From Elusimicrobiota bacterium (lineage in GTDB: Bacteria > Elusimicrobiota > Elusimicrobia > UBA1565), in the NCBI GenBank assembly GCA_043819795.1, contig JBDREN010000105.1, forward strand, positions 1 to 54,514: a DNA stretch of 54,514 nucleotides. Direction: 5' to 3'. How positions within the stretch are numbered: position 1 is the first letter of the stretch; every line of letters starts with the position of its first letter. The notes under the pieces are model-generated. The model was given only the letters and a program-made list of their open reading frames with translations. It was not told where the DNA came from and searched no databases. The position numbers were made by a program, and so were the translations under genes. This document shows positions 28,483-36,758 of this stretch, piece by piece.

Positions 28483-28980
28483 TTGGCCGCATGGGGAGAA
28501 AGCGTGAAGGAAAACGTGACTACTGAAGCGACGATTAGGCTTAAGCGATTGGCCCGTTCATTCGCGGCGTTTGGCTTCTTTCTTATGGTCCCATGGGCGT
28601 CATATCTTTCAACTCTCCTTCTGATCAGGAACCGGGTGATTATTGATACTGATTCGGCGGCGTTACTGATTAAGGTTATAACAGCAGTAGCGATGATGTC
28701 GTTTTTCATGCTTCCCCTGCTCGTTCTTGCTTCATCTGCACAATTCTATTGGGCCTTTCGAGATAACTTGGCTTGGTCCAAGGTGCTTCGATTCGGAATG
28801 CTTCGGGGGTTGCCTATAATGGCTGGCATACTCATGGTGTTTGTCTTGTCATTGAAGGCCAGCGGAGCGGGGTGGTTGGCGTATCTTTTCTCTTTTGGAA
28901 TCGGCGTGATTATTTACTCAGTTTGGCTTATACGCAAGGACCAGGCAGTATTGGCTACTGAGACCAAGCAGGGAATATAG
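28483..28980 (+). CDS. Small 4-TM integral membrane protein (hypothetical; possible GTG start at 28504 with GGGAGA SD)
   Basis: Hydrophobic segments AAFGFFLMVPWASYLSTLLLI, ITAVAMMSFFMLPLLVLASS, GLPIMAGILMVFVLSL, WLAYLFSFGIGVIIYSVWLI. ~45% GC against ~70% flanks. Confidence 0.55.
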   Translation: MAAWGESVKENVTTEATIRLKRLARSFAAFGFFLMVPWASYLSTLLLIRNRVIIDTDSAALLIKVITAVAMMSFFMLPLLVLASSAQFYWAFRDNLAWSKVLRFGMLRGLPIMAGILMVFVLSLKASGAGWLAYLFSFGIGVIIYSVWLIRKDQAVLATETKQGI

Positions 28981-28991
28981 AGGCGGGGTCA

Positions 28992-29050
28992 GGCTTGACT
29001 TTCGGGACAAACCCGGGCGGCCCCGGCGAATACTTCCCGAAAGTCAAGCC
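28992..29050. repeat. Perfect 16-bp inverted repeat ggcttgactttcggga / tcccgaaagtcaagcc with 27-nt GC-rich spacer, immediately 3' of the 4-TM gene and abutting the right direct repeat
   Basis: Read in sequence. Candidate terminator or recombinase-binding palindrome. Confidence 0.8.
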
Positions 29051-29060
29051 CGGCACCGTG

Positions 29061-29192
29061 AGGCGGGCACTGGAAGGACAACGGCATTCTTGCGACGGAG
29101 TTCCCGATAACGAAGGGGACTGAGCGCCGCAAGGCGAGCTTGCGGCGCTTACTTGGGCTGCTCCTGGCTCTCCATCACCTGCTGCAGGAGCT
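29061..29192. repeat. Direct repeat copy 2 (132 bp, perfect), contiguous with the intact Yip1 gene 3' end
   Basis: Identical to 27378-27509. Confidence 0.95.
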
Positions 29193-30360
29193 GCATGCTC
29201 TGGTCGAACGCTTTGTTCACGCTCTGCGAGGCCGTCGCGGTCCGTTCGATGAAGTCCCCGCGGCTCTCCCGGGGGATGCTTGGCAGGTTCTCGACGAGGG
29301 ACTGGCGGATCGGAGCGCCCATCCGCGGCCAGATCTCGAGAAGCCGGTCCGCCGTCTCGTCGTCGAGGAGCGCCAGCGTCTCCTCCGGCGGCTCCTCCAT
29401 GGCGCTGTAGCGGCCGAGCTTCTGGAGGACCGCCCCCGGGTCCTGCATCGCCTGGTCCATCATCCGCCGCATCTTGTCGGCGGCCGCGGGATCGCCCAGA
29501 CCCGGCATGCCGCCTCCCGCCGGACTAGCCGTGGGAGCGCCCATCATCCCCGGGAACTGCCCGGAGCTCGCCATCTGCTGCAATTTGCGGGCCTGCATGG
29601 TGAATGTGATCGAGCCGATGATGCCGAGGGCCGTGAGGATGCCGAATACGATCCAGGCCTTCTTCTTGGCGATCTTGTGCACTCCGGCCGCGGACTGGAC
29701 GCTGAGATAGAGGCCGTAGAGCTGCACGGGGATGTTCCCGAACGGGATGACGCCGATCACGGAGCTCACGGGGAACAGGGCCGAAAGCCCGCTGATGACC
29801 TGGTAGCTGCCCCTGAAGGGAGCCTTGCCGCCGAGGATCAGGCAGACGACGTGATAGACCGCGGCGCCGATGAAGCTGAAGATCACGGCCATGACGGGAA
29901 AGACGATGATCTGGGCCAGCGCCGCCGCCTTGCCGAACATCCCCGCGGGGACCAGGAAGCCGATGAGGCCGAGGATGAAGCCGCTGATCACGGCCCACAG
30001 CAGGAGGTTGACTACCGCGGGCCCCATCGGGCCCTTCGGGTCGATCCTCGAGAAGAACGCCTCCGGCTCCTGGAAAAGGGCCTTGGCGTTCGCGATGAGG
30101 TTCTGGGGAGAGAAGACGACGTACCCCTCCTGGGGCACGGTCTCGGGCGTCGCCGTCCCGCCGCCGGCGGGCATGCCGGACTGCGGCGCTTCCGGGGCCG
30201 CGGGCGCCGGCGGAGGGGGAGCCTGTCCCGTGGCGATGCCGGCCGCCTCCTCGACGTCCTGGGAAGAGAAGCCCTGCTTGACCAAGGCCTGCTTCAGCGA
30301 TTCGATGGGATACTTCCCCGCGTTCTGGCGGATGTAGTCGATTATTCTGGGATCGGGCAT
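29149..30360 (-). CDS. Yip1-domain family integral membrane protein with Pro-rich linker and C-terminal cytoplasmic domain
   Basis: Multi-TM core GPAVVNLLLWAVISGFILGLIGFLV...IVFPVMAVIFSFIGAAVYHVVCLILG...; 403 aa; its 3' end is duplicated at 27466-27509. Confidence 0.6.
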   Translation of the reverse strand: MPDPRIIDYIRQNAGKYPIESLKQALVKQGFSSQDVEEAAGIATGQAPPPPAPAAPEAPQSGMPAGGGTATPETVPQEGYVVFSPQNLIANAKALFQEPEAFFSRIDPKGPMGPAVVNLLLWAVISGFILGLIGFLVPAGMFGKAAALAQIIVFPVMAVIFSFIGAAVYHVVCLILGGKAPFRGSYQVISGLSALFPVSSVIGVIPFGNIPVQLYGLYLSVQSAAGVHKIAKKKAWIVFGILTALGIIGSITFTMQARKLQQMASSGQFPGMMGAPTASPAGGGMPGLGDPAAADKMRRMMDQAMQDPGAVLQKLGRYSAMEEPPEETLALLDDETADRLLEIWPRMGAPIRQSLVENLPSIPRESRGDFIERTATASQSVNKAFDQSMQLLQQVMESQEQPK

Positions 30361-30409
30361 GGCGCGACTATAGCATAAATCGCCCCGGACGATTTAATAG
30401 AATAGCCGA

Positions 30410-31804
30410 ATGAAGATGCGCCTCTACAACACGCTGGCCCGCTCGATCGAGGACCTGGAGCCCGTCCGCGACGACGGAGTCATCGGCCTCTACACCTGCG
30501 GCCCGACGGTCTACGACTATCTCCATATCGGCAACTACCGGACCTACGTCTTCGAGGACGTCCTGCGCCGCGCGCTCACGTGTCTCGGCCATAAGGTCCG
30601 GCACGTGATGAACATCACCGACGTCGGCCACCTGACCAGCCAGGCCGACGAGGGAGAGGACAAGATGGAGGTCGGGGCCCAGCGTGAGGGCAAGACCGCC
30701 TGGGAGATCGCCAAGTTCTACGAGAAGAGCTTCCTGGAGGACATCGGCAAGCTCAACATCCAGAAGGCCGACGTCCTCTGCCGCGCGACCGACCATATCC
30801 CCGAGCAGATCGGCCTGGTCCGGCGTCTCGAGGAGAAGGGCTTCACCTACAGGACCTCCGACGGGGTGTATTTCGACACCTCGAAGTTCCCGGGCTACGG
30901 GAGGCTGGCGGGCGGCGCGCACATGGCCGGCCTCCAGGAGGGCGCGCGCGTCCAGGCGAATCCGGAAAAGCGCGGGCGCTGCGACTTCGCGCTGTGGAAG
31001 TTCTCCCCCGAGGGCCAGAAGCGCCAGATGGAGTGGGACTCCCCGTGGGGCACGGGCTTCCCGGGATGGCACATAGAATGCTCGGCCATGGCCATGCGCT
31101 ATCTGGGCGAGAGCTTCGACATCCATTGCGGAGGCGTGGACCATATCCCGATCCACCACACCAACGAGATCGCCCAGGCGGAGGCGGCCACCGGCAAGCC
31201 GTTCGTGCGGTTCTGGCTGCACGGCGAGTTCCTCGTGATGAACAAGGCCAAGATGGCCAAATCGGCCGGAGGCTTCATCAAGCTCTCGGACATCGTCGAG
31301 AAGGGCTTCGATCCGCTCGATTACCGCTATTTCTGCTACTCGGCGCATTACCGCAAGCAGCTCGAGTTCTCCTGGGACGCCCTCGAGGCGGCGAGGAGCG
31401 CGCGCTTGCGGCTCGGCGAGCGGGCGCTGGACCTCGGGCGGGAGGGCGGAAAGCCCGACCCCGACGGAGTCCGCCGGGCGCTGGACCGCTTCCGGGAGCG
31501 GATCGCCGACGACCTCGATGTGCCGGGGGCTTTGGCCGCTCTTTGGGATGAGCTCAAGGGAGGGACGATGTCGGCCGCCAGCCGGCTCGCCTTCCTGAAG
31601 CAGGCCGACCAGGTGCTCGCGCTGGGCCTCTGCGGCGCGGGCGACGACTGCCTCCCCGCGGACCTGCAGGCGGTCTTCGACCGGTACGTGGCGGCCCGCG
31701 CTAAGAAGGACTTCGCGGCCTCCGACGCCCTCCGGAGCGAGCTGGCCGGAAAGGGCGTGATCGTCAAGGACACCCCCGCCGGCTCGGTCTGGAAGCGCGC
31801 ATGA
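30410..31804 (+). CDS. cysS: Cysteinyl-tRNA synthetase
   Basis: GPTVYDYLHIGNYRTYVFEDVLRR (HIGH region), KMAKSAGGF (KMSKS), WHIECSAMA zinc site. Confidence 0.95.
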   Translation: MKMRLYNTLARSIEDLEPVRDDGVIGLYTCGPTVYDYLHIGNYRTYVFEDVLRRALTCLGHKVRHVMNITDVGHLTSQADEGEDKMEVGAQREGKTAWEIAKFYEKSFLEDIGKLNIQKADVLCRATDHIPEQIGLVRRLEEKGFTYRTSDGVYFDTSKFPGYGRLAGGAHMAGLQEGARVQANPEKRGRCDFALWKFSPEGQKRQMEWDSPWGTGFPGWHIECSAMAMRYLGESFDIHCGGVDHIPIHHTNEIAQAEAATGKPFVRFWLHGEFLVMNKAKMAKSAGGFIKLSDIVEKGFDPLDYRYFCYSAHYRKQLEFSWDALEAARSARLRLGERALDLGREGGKPDPDGVRRALDRFRERIADDLDVPGALAALWDELKGGTMSAASRLAFLKQADQVLALGLCGAGDDCLPADLQAVFDRYVAARAKKDFAASDALRSELAGKGVIVKDTPAGSVWKRA

Positions 31805-32592
31805 AGAGCCCCGGTCGGCGCGGGCGTGCGGGCGCCGGGGAGCGCAAGACCGGTTGGATCTGCGGCAGGCACGTCGTGGAGGAGTCCCTCGCCTCCCGCG
31901 AGTGCCGGGTGCTCGAGGTATGGCTTTCCAAGGAGGACCAGCGACGGCTGTCGCAGGTGGCGCGCGTCGCGGAGCGGGCCGGCGCCAGGGTTCGCTGGGT
32001 GGCGCGGGGCGACCTCGACCGGGTCGCGGGCGGAGCGGCCCACCAGGGCCTGTCGGCCCGCGTGGAGCGGAGGCCGGGCAAGGGTCTCGACGGCTTCTTG
32101 GCCGGGCTCACGGAGCGGGAGAAGGCCGAGAGCGTGCTCGTGGCGCTCGACCGCATCCAGGACCCCCGCAATCTCGGCGCGATCGTGCGGAGCGCGGCCT
32201 GCCTCGGCGCGCGCGCCGTGGTCGTCCCCGACCGGCACTCCGCGCCCATGAGCCAGACCGTGCTGCAATCCTCGGCCGGCGCCGCCGGGAAGATCCCCAC
32301 GTTCCGGGTCGGCAACCTGGCGGCGACCTTGCTCAGGCTCAAGGACGCGGGCTACTGGGTCTACGGGGCCGACCCGTCTGGCCGGCCCGCCTGGGGGCTG
32401 CGGCTGAACACGCCGCTGGTGCTGGTCGTCGGCTCCGAGGGCAAGGGCATGCGCTCGCTGGTCCGCTCCTACTGCGACGAGCTCGTGGCCATACCCCAGT
32501 CGGAAGCGGGGGTCGCGAGCCTCAACGCCTCCTGCGCCGCGAGCGTGCTGCTCTACGAGGTCATGAGGCAGGCCGGGTCCGGGGCGCGATGA
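31801..32592 (+). CDS. rlmB: 23S rRNA (guanosine-2'-O)-methyltransferase, SpoU/TrmH family (RlmB-like)
   Basis: LVALDRIQDPRNLGAIVRSAACLGARAVVVP...LVLVVGSEGKGMRSLV...AIPQSEAGVASLNASCAASVLLYE. ATGA overlap with the cysS stop. Confidence 0.8.
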   Translation: MKSPGRRGRAGAGERKTGWICGRHVVEESLASRECRVLEVWLSKEDQRRLSQVARVAERAGARVRWVARGDLDRVAGGAAHQGLSARVERRPGKGLDGFLAGLTEREKAESVLVALDRIQDPRNLGAIVRSAACLGARAVVVPDRHSAPMSQTVLQSSAGAAGKIPTFRVGNLAATLLRLKDAGYWVYGADPSGRPAWGLRLNTPLVLVVGSEGKGMRSLVRSYCDELVAIPQSEAGVASLNASCAASVLLYEVMRQAGSGAR

Positions 32593-33464
32593 GGGCGTAT
32601 GATGAGCGCAGCCACGGCCACGGCAAGGCTCACGCGGCCAAGCCGCTCGGCATCGCGTTCGGCCTGACCTTCTTCGTCTTCCTGATCGAGCTGGCGGGCG
32701 GCCTATGGGCCGGGTCTTTGGCCTTGCTCGCCGACGCGGCCCATATGGCGGTCGACCTCGCGGCTTTGGGGCTCGGGCTCTTCGCCTCCTGGGCCGCCGC
32801 GCGCCCCGCGGACGCCAAACGGAGCTTCGGCTATCACCGCGTCGAGGTGCTCGCGGCCCTCGGCAACGGCGTCGGGCTGTGGATCGTCGTCGGCGTCCTT
32901 CTGCACGAGGCGTGGGGACGCTTCTCGGCCCCGCCGGCCGTGCGCGTGCCGGAGATGCTGGGCATCGCGGCGCTGGGCCTTTTGTGCAACTTGGTCTCGG
33001 GGGCCGTCCTCTACCGGAGCGTCAAGTCCAACATCAATCTCCGGGCCGTCTTCCTGCACGTGGCCTCCGACGCGCTCGGCTCGGTCGGGGCCATCGCGGC
33101 CGGGCTGGTGATGTGGAGCACCGGCTGGATGCTCGCCGACCCGCTGGCCTCGGTGTTCATCTGCCTGGTGATCTCCGTCGCGTCGTTCAAGCTCGTGCGG
33201 GACTCGATCCACATCCTGCTCGAAGGGACGCCGGAGCATCTGGACCTGGAGGCCGTGCGAGAGGCGCTCGACGGGCTCGAAGGGGTCTCGGAGGTGCACG
33301 ACCTGCACCTGTGGTCGCTCTCCTCGGGCAACGAGTCGATGAGCGGGCATCTGGTGATCCGTCCCGGCAAGGACTCGCAGGAGGTGCTGCGGGCGGGGGC
33401 GGAGATCCTCGAGAGGCGCTTCGGGATCGCCCACGCGACGCTTCAGATCGAGGCGCCGCGCTGA
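32589..33464 (+). CDS. Cation diffusion facilitator (CDF) family divalent-metal efflux transporter (CzcD/ZitB-like)
   Basis: HGHG...LLADAAHMAVDLAALGLGLFA...SFGYHRVEVLAALGNG...HVASDALGSVGAIAAG. It is the C-terminal part of track ORF 31854..33464, whose N-terminus is an out-of-frame overlap with rlmB. The start ATG overlaps the rlmB stop (ATGA). Confidence 0.85.
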   Translation: MRAYDERSHGHGKAHAAKPLGIAFGLTFFVFLIELAGGLWAGSLALLADAAHMAVDLAALGLGLFASWAAARPADAKRSFGYHRVEVLAALGNGVGLWIVVGVLLHEAWGRFSAPPAVRVPEMLGIAALGLLCNLVSGAVLYRSVKSNINLRAVFLHVASDALGSVGAIAAGLVMWSTGWMLADPLASVFICLVISVASFKLVRDSIHILLEGTPEHLDLEAVREALDGLEGVSEVHDLHLWSLSSGNESMSGHLVIRPGKDSQEVLRAGAEILERRFGIAHATLQIEAPR

Positions 33465-33501
33465 CGCGCGCGAAGGGGAATGCGGCGTCTCCTTCAGCCT
33501 G

Positions 33502-34809
33502 TCAATCCTTCTTCAGCCAGTTTCTAATAGCCGGAAACGAAGTGATCCTATCTACCGAATCCTGCAGCGCTTGGTTCTGCTGCCGTAGCTGTCGGATCTC
33601 GTCCTGCATCGCGGCGACTTCTTCGGGCGTCATGCCCGGCTCTCCCTGCGGACCTTGAGGCCCGCCTGGCCCCGCTGGGCCAGTATCTCCAGTATCTCCT
33701 TTCAGACCGGCAGGACCTCGAGGGCCCGCCGGTCCTTCAGGACCGATCGGACCGGCGTCGCCCGTGTCTCCTTCGGGTCCGGCTGCGCCCGCGGGTCCCG
33801 CAGGGCCTTGGGTGCCCGGATTCGTAATGATCAGCGTATCTTTCGCTTTGGCCCCGAAATTGTCCATGACCGTGAGCTCGATCAGCTCTTCCGCATAACC
33901 GTGAGCGTTCATGGTGACAATGTCGCCTTCGGCGACAACGGGATTGTCCGCGTCGGAGAGGTTTCTCCACACCCAGTAGACGACCTCGCCATCCGGGTCA
34001 TAGGACAGACTCCCGTCCAGCGTTACCTCCTCGCCGGCGGAAGCTTTTACGTCCGGCCCCGCGTTTGCTATCGGCGGCTCGGTTTCCGCCACTTCATATC
34101 CTAGGCCCTGTAGACCATTTTGATAATACGCTTGGATCTCTTCCTGGGTCAAAGCCCGGTTGAAGATGGCCACTTCGTCGAGCAAGCCGTCGAAATAGCA
34201 TCCGGGAGATCCGCCTCTCCCGCCGATGAACAGCCTGCTTGTATGTGTTACTATCCTGGTCGAAAGCTCTGCTCCATAAAGAACCCCATCCAAATACAAT
34301 CTGATGTTGCTCCCGTCATATGTCCCGACGACGAAATGCCAGTTGCCGTCGTTGATATCCGCTCCTTCGGTGAATAGGATGTCGAAACCATTGGCATCGC
34401 CCACGAGCCAAGTCAATTCCGACGCGTCATTGTATTTAGTCCCAAGTCTATAACCATTTCGCCCATTATCATGAGCGGAAGAGACCATGTCATCATTGGC
34501 CCCGCCGTCGCTCTTGAACCAAACGGCGATGCTCGGATGCGCCACTCGGATAGGAGAGGCGGTCCCCAGGTCGACATAATCATTCGCGCCGTCGAAGCTC
34601 ATCGCTCCGCCGACTTGGCCATCGGCCCATATGGCGCCGTGGATCGTGCCATGGCTGTCGTAGCCGGAACTGTCAATCGCGACCGATCCAGAGCCCGCGT
34701 CAAGCCTCCAATACCCCATCATGCCTTCTTGTGCTTCGGCTGTCCCAGCCAGAGCTAGAAGCAGCATGACTCCAGCCGCCGACCCCAGTCTTTTCAGTGT
34801 TTTGGCCAT
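33502..34809 (-). CDS. Secreted LamG (concanavalin A-like) - PKD-like - collagen-like triple-helix (21 G-X-Y triplets) - C-terminal coiled-coil protein
   Basis: Start taken at the internal ATG 34809, with GGAG SD 8 nt upstream and signal peptide [26 protein letters not shown]. LamG: [22 protein letters not shown]...[17 protein letters not shown]-like: [29 protein letters not shown]. Collagen: [61 protein letters not shown]. Confidence 0.7.
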   Translation of the reverse strand: MAKTLKRLGSAAGVMLLLALAGTAEAQEGMMGYWRLDAGSGSVAIDSSGYDSHGTIHGAIWADGQVGGAMSFDGANDYVDLGTASPIRVAHPSIAVWFKSDGGANDDMVSSAHDNGRNGYRLGTKYNDASELTWLVGDANGFDILFTEGADINDGNWHFVVGTYDGSNIRLYLDGVLYGAELSTRIVTHTSRLFIGGRGGSPGCYFDGLLDEVAIFNRALTQEEIQAYYQNGLQGLGYEVAETEPPIANAGPDVKASAGEEVTLDGSLSYDPDGEVVYWVWRNLSDADNPVVAEGDIVTMNAHGYAEELIELTVMDNFGAKAKDTLIITNPGTQGPAGPAGAAGPEGDTGDAGPIGPEGPAGPRGPAGLKGDTGDTGPAGPGGPQGPQGEPGMTPEEVAAMQDEIRQLRQQNQALQDSVDRITSFPAIRNWLKKD

Positions 34810-34866
34810 GGATGGGCTCCCTTCCAGCGATTCCGGTTTTCGCTTCCGAAAGTCTGCTGTCACCAG

Positions 34867-34895
34867 ATTATAGCCCCATGTCGCTGACAATTCAA
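34867..34895 (-). promoter_or_regulatory. Sigma-70-like promoter for the collagen-like gene: -35 TTGAAT, 17-nt spacer, -10 TATAAT (minus strand)
   Basis: Reverse complement of 34867-34895 reads TTGAATtgtcagcgacatggggcTATAAT, ~55 nt upstream of the ATG. Confidence 0.5.
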
Positions 34896-35101
34896 TGACA
34901 ACCCGGCGACACTGAATGAAAAATCCCTCTTGCTTTACAATCTCTTTTTCATCATGTCAGGGGCCAGGCCGGAAACTTTATCCGGAAGCCTGGCCCGATA
35001 TCCGGGGCAGCTTCGGTGGGGGGATGAAATCGCGCCCTTCGGGGGATCTTCGAGGCCGCGCGTGTCTGGAGACCTGCGGCGCGGATCGTCCGGCGTGCGG
35101 T

Positions 35102-35494
35102 TCAGCCCTGCCGCTTCTCGCGCAGCGTGAGCGCCCGCTCCAGCTTGTTCTTGAGGACTTCCAGGTCGATGGGCTTGACGATATAGTCGATGGCGCCGAA
35201 GAGGAGCGCGTCGTTGAGCGTGGCGGCGTCGCTCAGGCCGCTGACGACCAGGATGGGGATGTCCGAGGTCTTGGGGTCCGAGCGGATCTCCCGAGTGAGG
35301 CTGATGCCGTCCTGCTCGGACATCATGATGTCCATGAGGATGACGTCGGGCTTCTCCTTCTCGAGATAGGCTTTGGCCTGGGAGGCGCTGTAGGCGCAGG
35401 CGACGTCGTAGCCCAAGAGCGCGATGCCCCTCTCGTAGAGCTCGCAGACCGAGGCGTCGTCGTCGACCGCCAGGACCTTTTTCTTTTCAGCCAT
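35102..35494 (-). CDS. Single-domain CheY-like response regulator (receiver domain only)
   Basis: MAEKKKVLAVDDDASVCELYERGIALLGYDVACAYSASQAKAYLEKEKPDVILMDIMMSEQDGISLTREIRSDPKTSDIPILVVSGL. GGGAGGGA SD. The 5' extension in the track ORF is junk. Confidence 0.8.
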   Translation of the reverse strand: MAEKKKVLAVDDDASVCELYERGIALLGYDVACAYSASQAKAYLEKEKPDVILMDIMMSEQDGISLTREIRSDPKTSDIPILVVSGLSDAATLNDALLFGAIDYIVKPIDLEVLKNKLERALTLREKRQG

Positions 35495-36042
35495 CAGGCT
35501 TTCCCTCCCCCGATCCAGGCGTCCAGCGGGGCGTAGGCGCCGCCCCTTCGATAGGCCAGCAGCGCCAGGCATATCAGGACGCAGTCCACGCCGATCGCCT
35601 GGCCCGCCGTGAGGTGGATGCCGCCGGCGAAGCATCCGCAGTTCTCGAGAGGGATGCCGCGCAGGACCGTCGAGCCCAGCGCGCCGATGAACGTCAGGAA
35701 AAGGACGATCCCCGCCGCGGACGCGGCGCGCGCGAGATAGCCGGCCACGAGAGCGAGCCCGAGGACGATCTGGGCCGCCGGAAGCGCGATAGCCGCCGAC
35801 AGGAGCTGTTTCGGCGGCAGGATATGGTAGGCCTCGATGACGGCCGCGAACTCCTCGGGCGGAGCCCAGACCTTGGGCAGCCCGGAGGCCAGCAGCACGA
35901 TCCCGATGAGGACCCGGGCGGCGGCGCCGGCCACGGGGCTGTTCCATCCGGGCATCCCCGGCAGCCGCGGGAGCGTCGCCGTCCGGGACGCGCGCGGGAT
36001 ATCCTCGTCGGGGGAGCGTTTCGGGCGCTTTTTCTTGCTCAT
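35494..36042 (-). CDS. MauE/DoxX-family integral membrane protein (CGCFG motif)
   Basis: MSKKKRPKRS...VLIGIVLLASGLPKVW...ENCGCFAGGIHLTAGQAIGVDCVLICLALLA. Start ATG overlaps the dsbA-like stop and its own stop overlaps the response-regulator start (ATGA x2). Confidence 0.6.
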   Translation of the reverse strand: MSKKKRPKRSPDEDIPRASRTATLPRLPGMPGWNSPVAGAAARVLIGIVLLASGLPKVWAPPEEFAAVIEAYHILPPKQLLSAAIALPAAQIVLGLALVAGYLARAASAAGIVLFLTFIGALGSTVLRGIPLENCGCFAGGIHLTAGQAIGVDCVLICLALLAYRRGGAYAPLDAWIGGGKA

Positions 36043-36692
36043 CCCTTCAGGATATCCTCGATGCGGTTGAGCCCGTGGGTCCGAAGCTGCAGCGCTCCCA
36101 CGAAGCGCTTCCCGTTGATGAAGAAAGTCGGCGTGGACCGGACCCAGTGGGCTTCGGCCTCCTTGCGGTCGGCCTCGATCGCGGCGAGGGCGGCCGGATC
36201 GTCGAGGCACGCGGCGAAGGCCTTCCGGTCGACCCCCAGCTCCGCCGCGTACTCCATGAAGCGCTTCCGGGCTTCGGCGGCCTGCTTCGCGCCGGCCCAG
36301 GCGTATTGCTTGGCGAACATGGCGTCGTGGAACTCCCAGAAGCGTCCGGCCCGGCCCGCGCACTCGGCGGCCACGGCCGCGTCCTTGGACAGCGTATGGA
36401 AATCCCACGGCAGGTGCTTGAATACGACCCGGACCTTGCCCGGGAAGAGGGTCGTGATCTGCTTCAGGGGCTTGGAGGCCGCGGCGCAGGCCGAGCACTG
36501 GAAATCGGAGAACTCGGCGATCACCACGGGCGCGTCGGCCGCCCCTTTGCTCCGGTAGTCCGGCGCGTCCGGGGCGTACGGCTTGGTGAAGCCGCGTCCC
36601 GCGGCGGCGAGAGCCGCGGCGGCCAGCAGGATCGCCAGGCCGCCGATGACCCGGCGCGCGAGGCGGGTTTCCGGTTTCATCGGGCTCATCAT
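36039..36692 (-). CDS. DsbA-like thioredoxin-fold thiol:disulfide oxidoreductase (CxxC = CSAC), secreted
   Basis: Signal/TM RLARRVIGGLAILLAAAALAAA; APVVIAEFSDFQCSACAAASKPL...STPTFFINGKRFVGA. Confidence 0.75.
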   Translation of the reverse strand: MMSPMKPETRLARRVIGGLAILLAAAALAAAGRGFTKPYAPDAPDYRSKGAADAPVVIAEFSDFQCSACAAASKPLKQITTLFPGKVRVVFKHLPWDFHTLSKDAAVAAECAGRAGRFWEFHDAMFAKQYAWAGAKQAAEARKRFMEYAAELGVDRKAFAACLDDPAALAAIEADRKEAEAHWVRSTPTFFINGKRFVGALQLRTHGLNRIEDILKG

Positions 36693-36737
36693 ATCAAAAA
36701 GAAACGCCGCCCGGCATCATGTCGGCCGGGCGGCGTT
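36691..36737 (-). terminator. Rho-independent terminator of the S8 protease gene: 13-bp stem aacgccgcccggc/gccgggcggcgtt, 9-nt loop, then UUUCUUUUUGAUAU running into the dsbA-like start codon
   Basis: Perfect inverted repeat plus U-tract on the minus-strand transcript, read in sequence. Confidence 0.75.
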
Positions 36738-36758
36738 GTCGTCCCGACGAGGGGACGG

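Larger units (their letters stand above)
27378..29192. mobile_element. Degenerate integrated islet (~1.8 kb) bounded by perfect 132-bp direct repeats, inserted between the 3' ends of the S46 peptidase and Yip1 genes; contains an integrase remnant and two low-GC cargo genes
   Basis: 27378-27509 is identical to 29061-29192. Each repeat holds the last 14 codons (…LLQQVMESQEQPK*) plus the 3' UTR hairpin of the Yip1 gene. Interior GC is visibly lower than the flanks (~60% for 28038-28475, ~45% for 28483-28980). The integrase-like fragment abuts the distal repeat. Confidence 0.7.

Noticed and set aside
28305-28709. 134-aa minus ORF inside the islet
   Set aside because: Antisense to both cargo genes and lacks an SD; the plus-strand genes have SDs and coherent TM topology.
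31854-33464. 536-aa plus ORF 31854..33464 and 50879..52162 (427 aa), 35102..35947 (281 aa), 35494..36498 (334 aa)
   Set aside because: These are chimeric frames: an Arg/Gly-rich junk N-terminus overlapping the preceding real gene (rlmB, rpoD, MauE, DsbA respectively), fused to the genuine downstream CDS. The real starts are 32589, 51866, 35494 and 36042.
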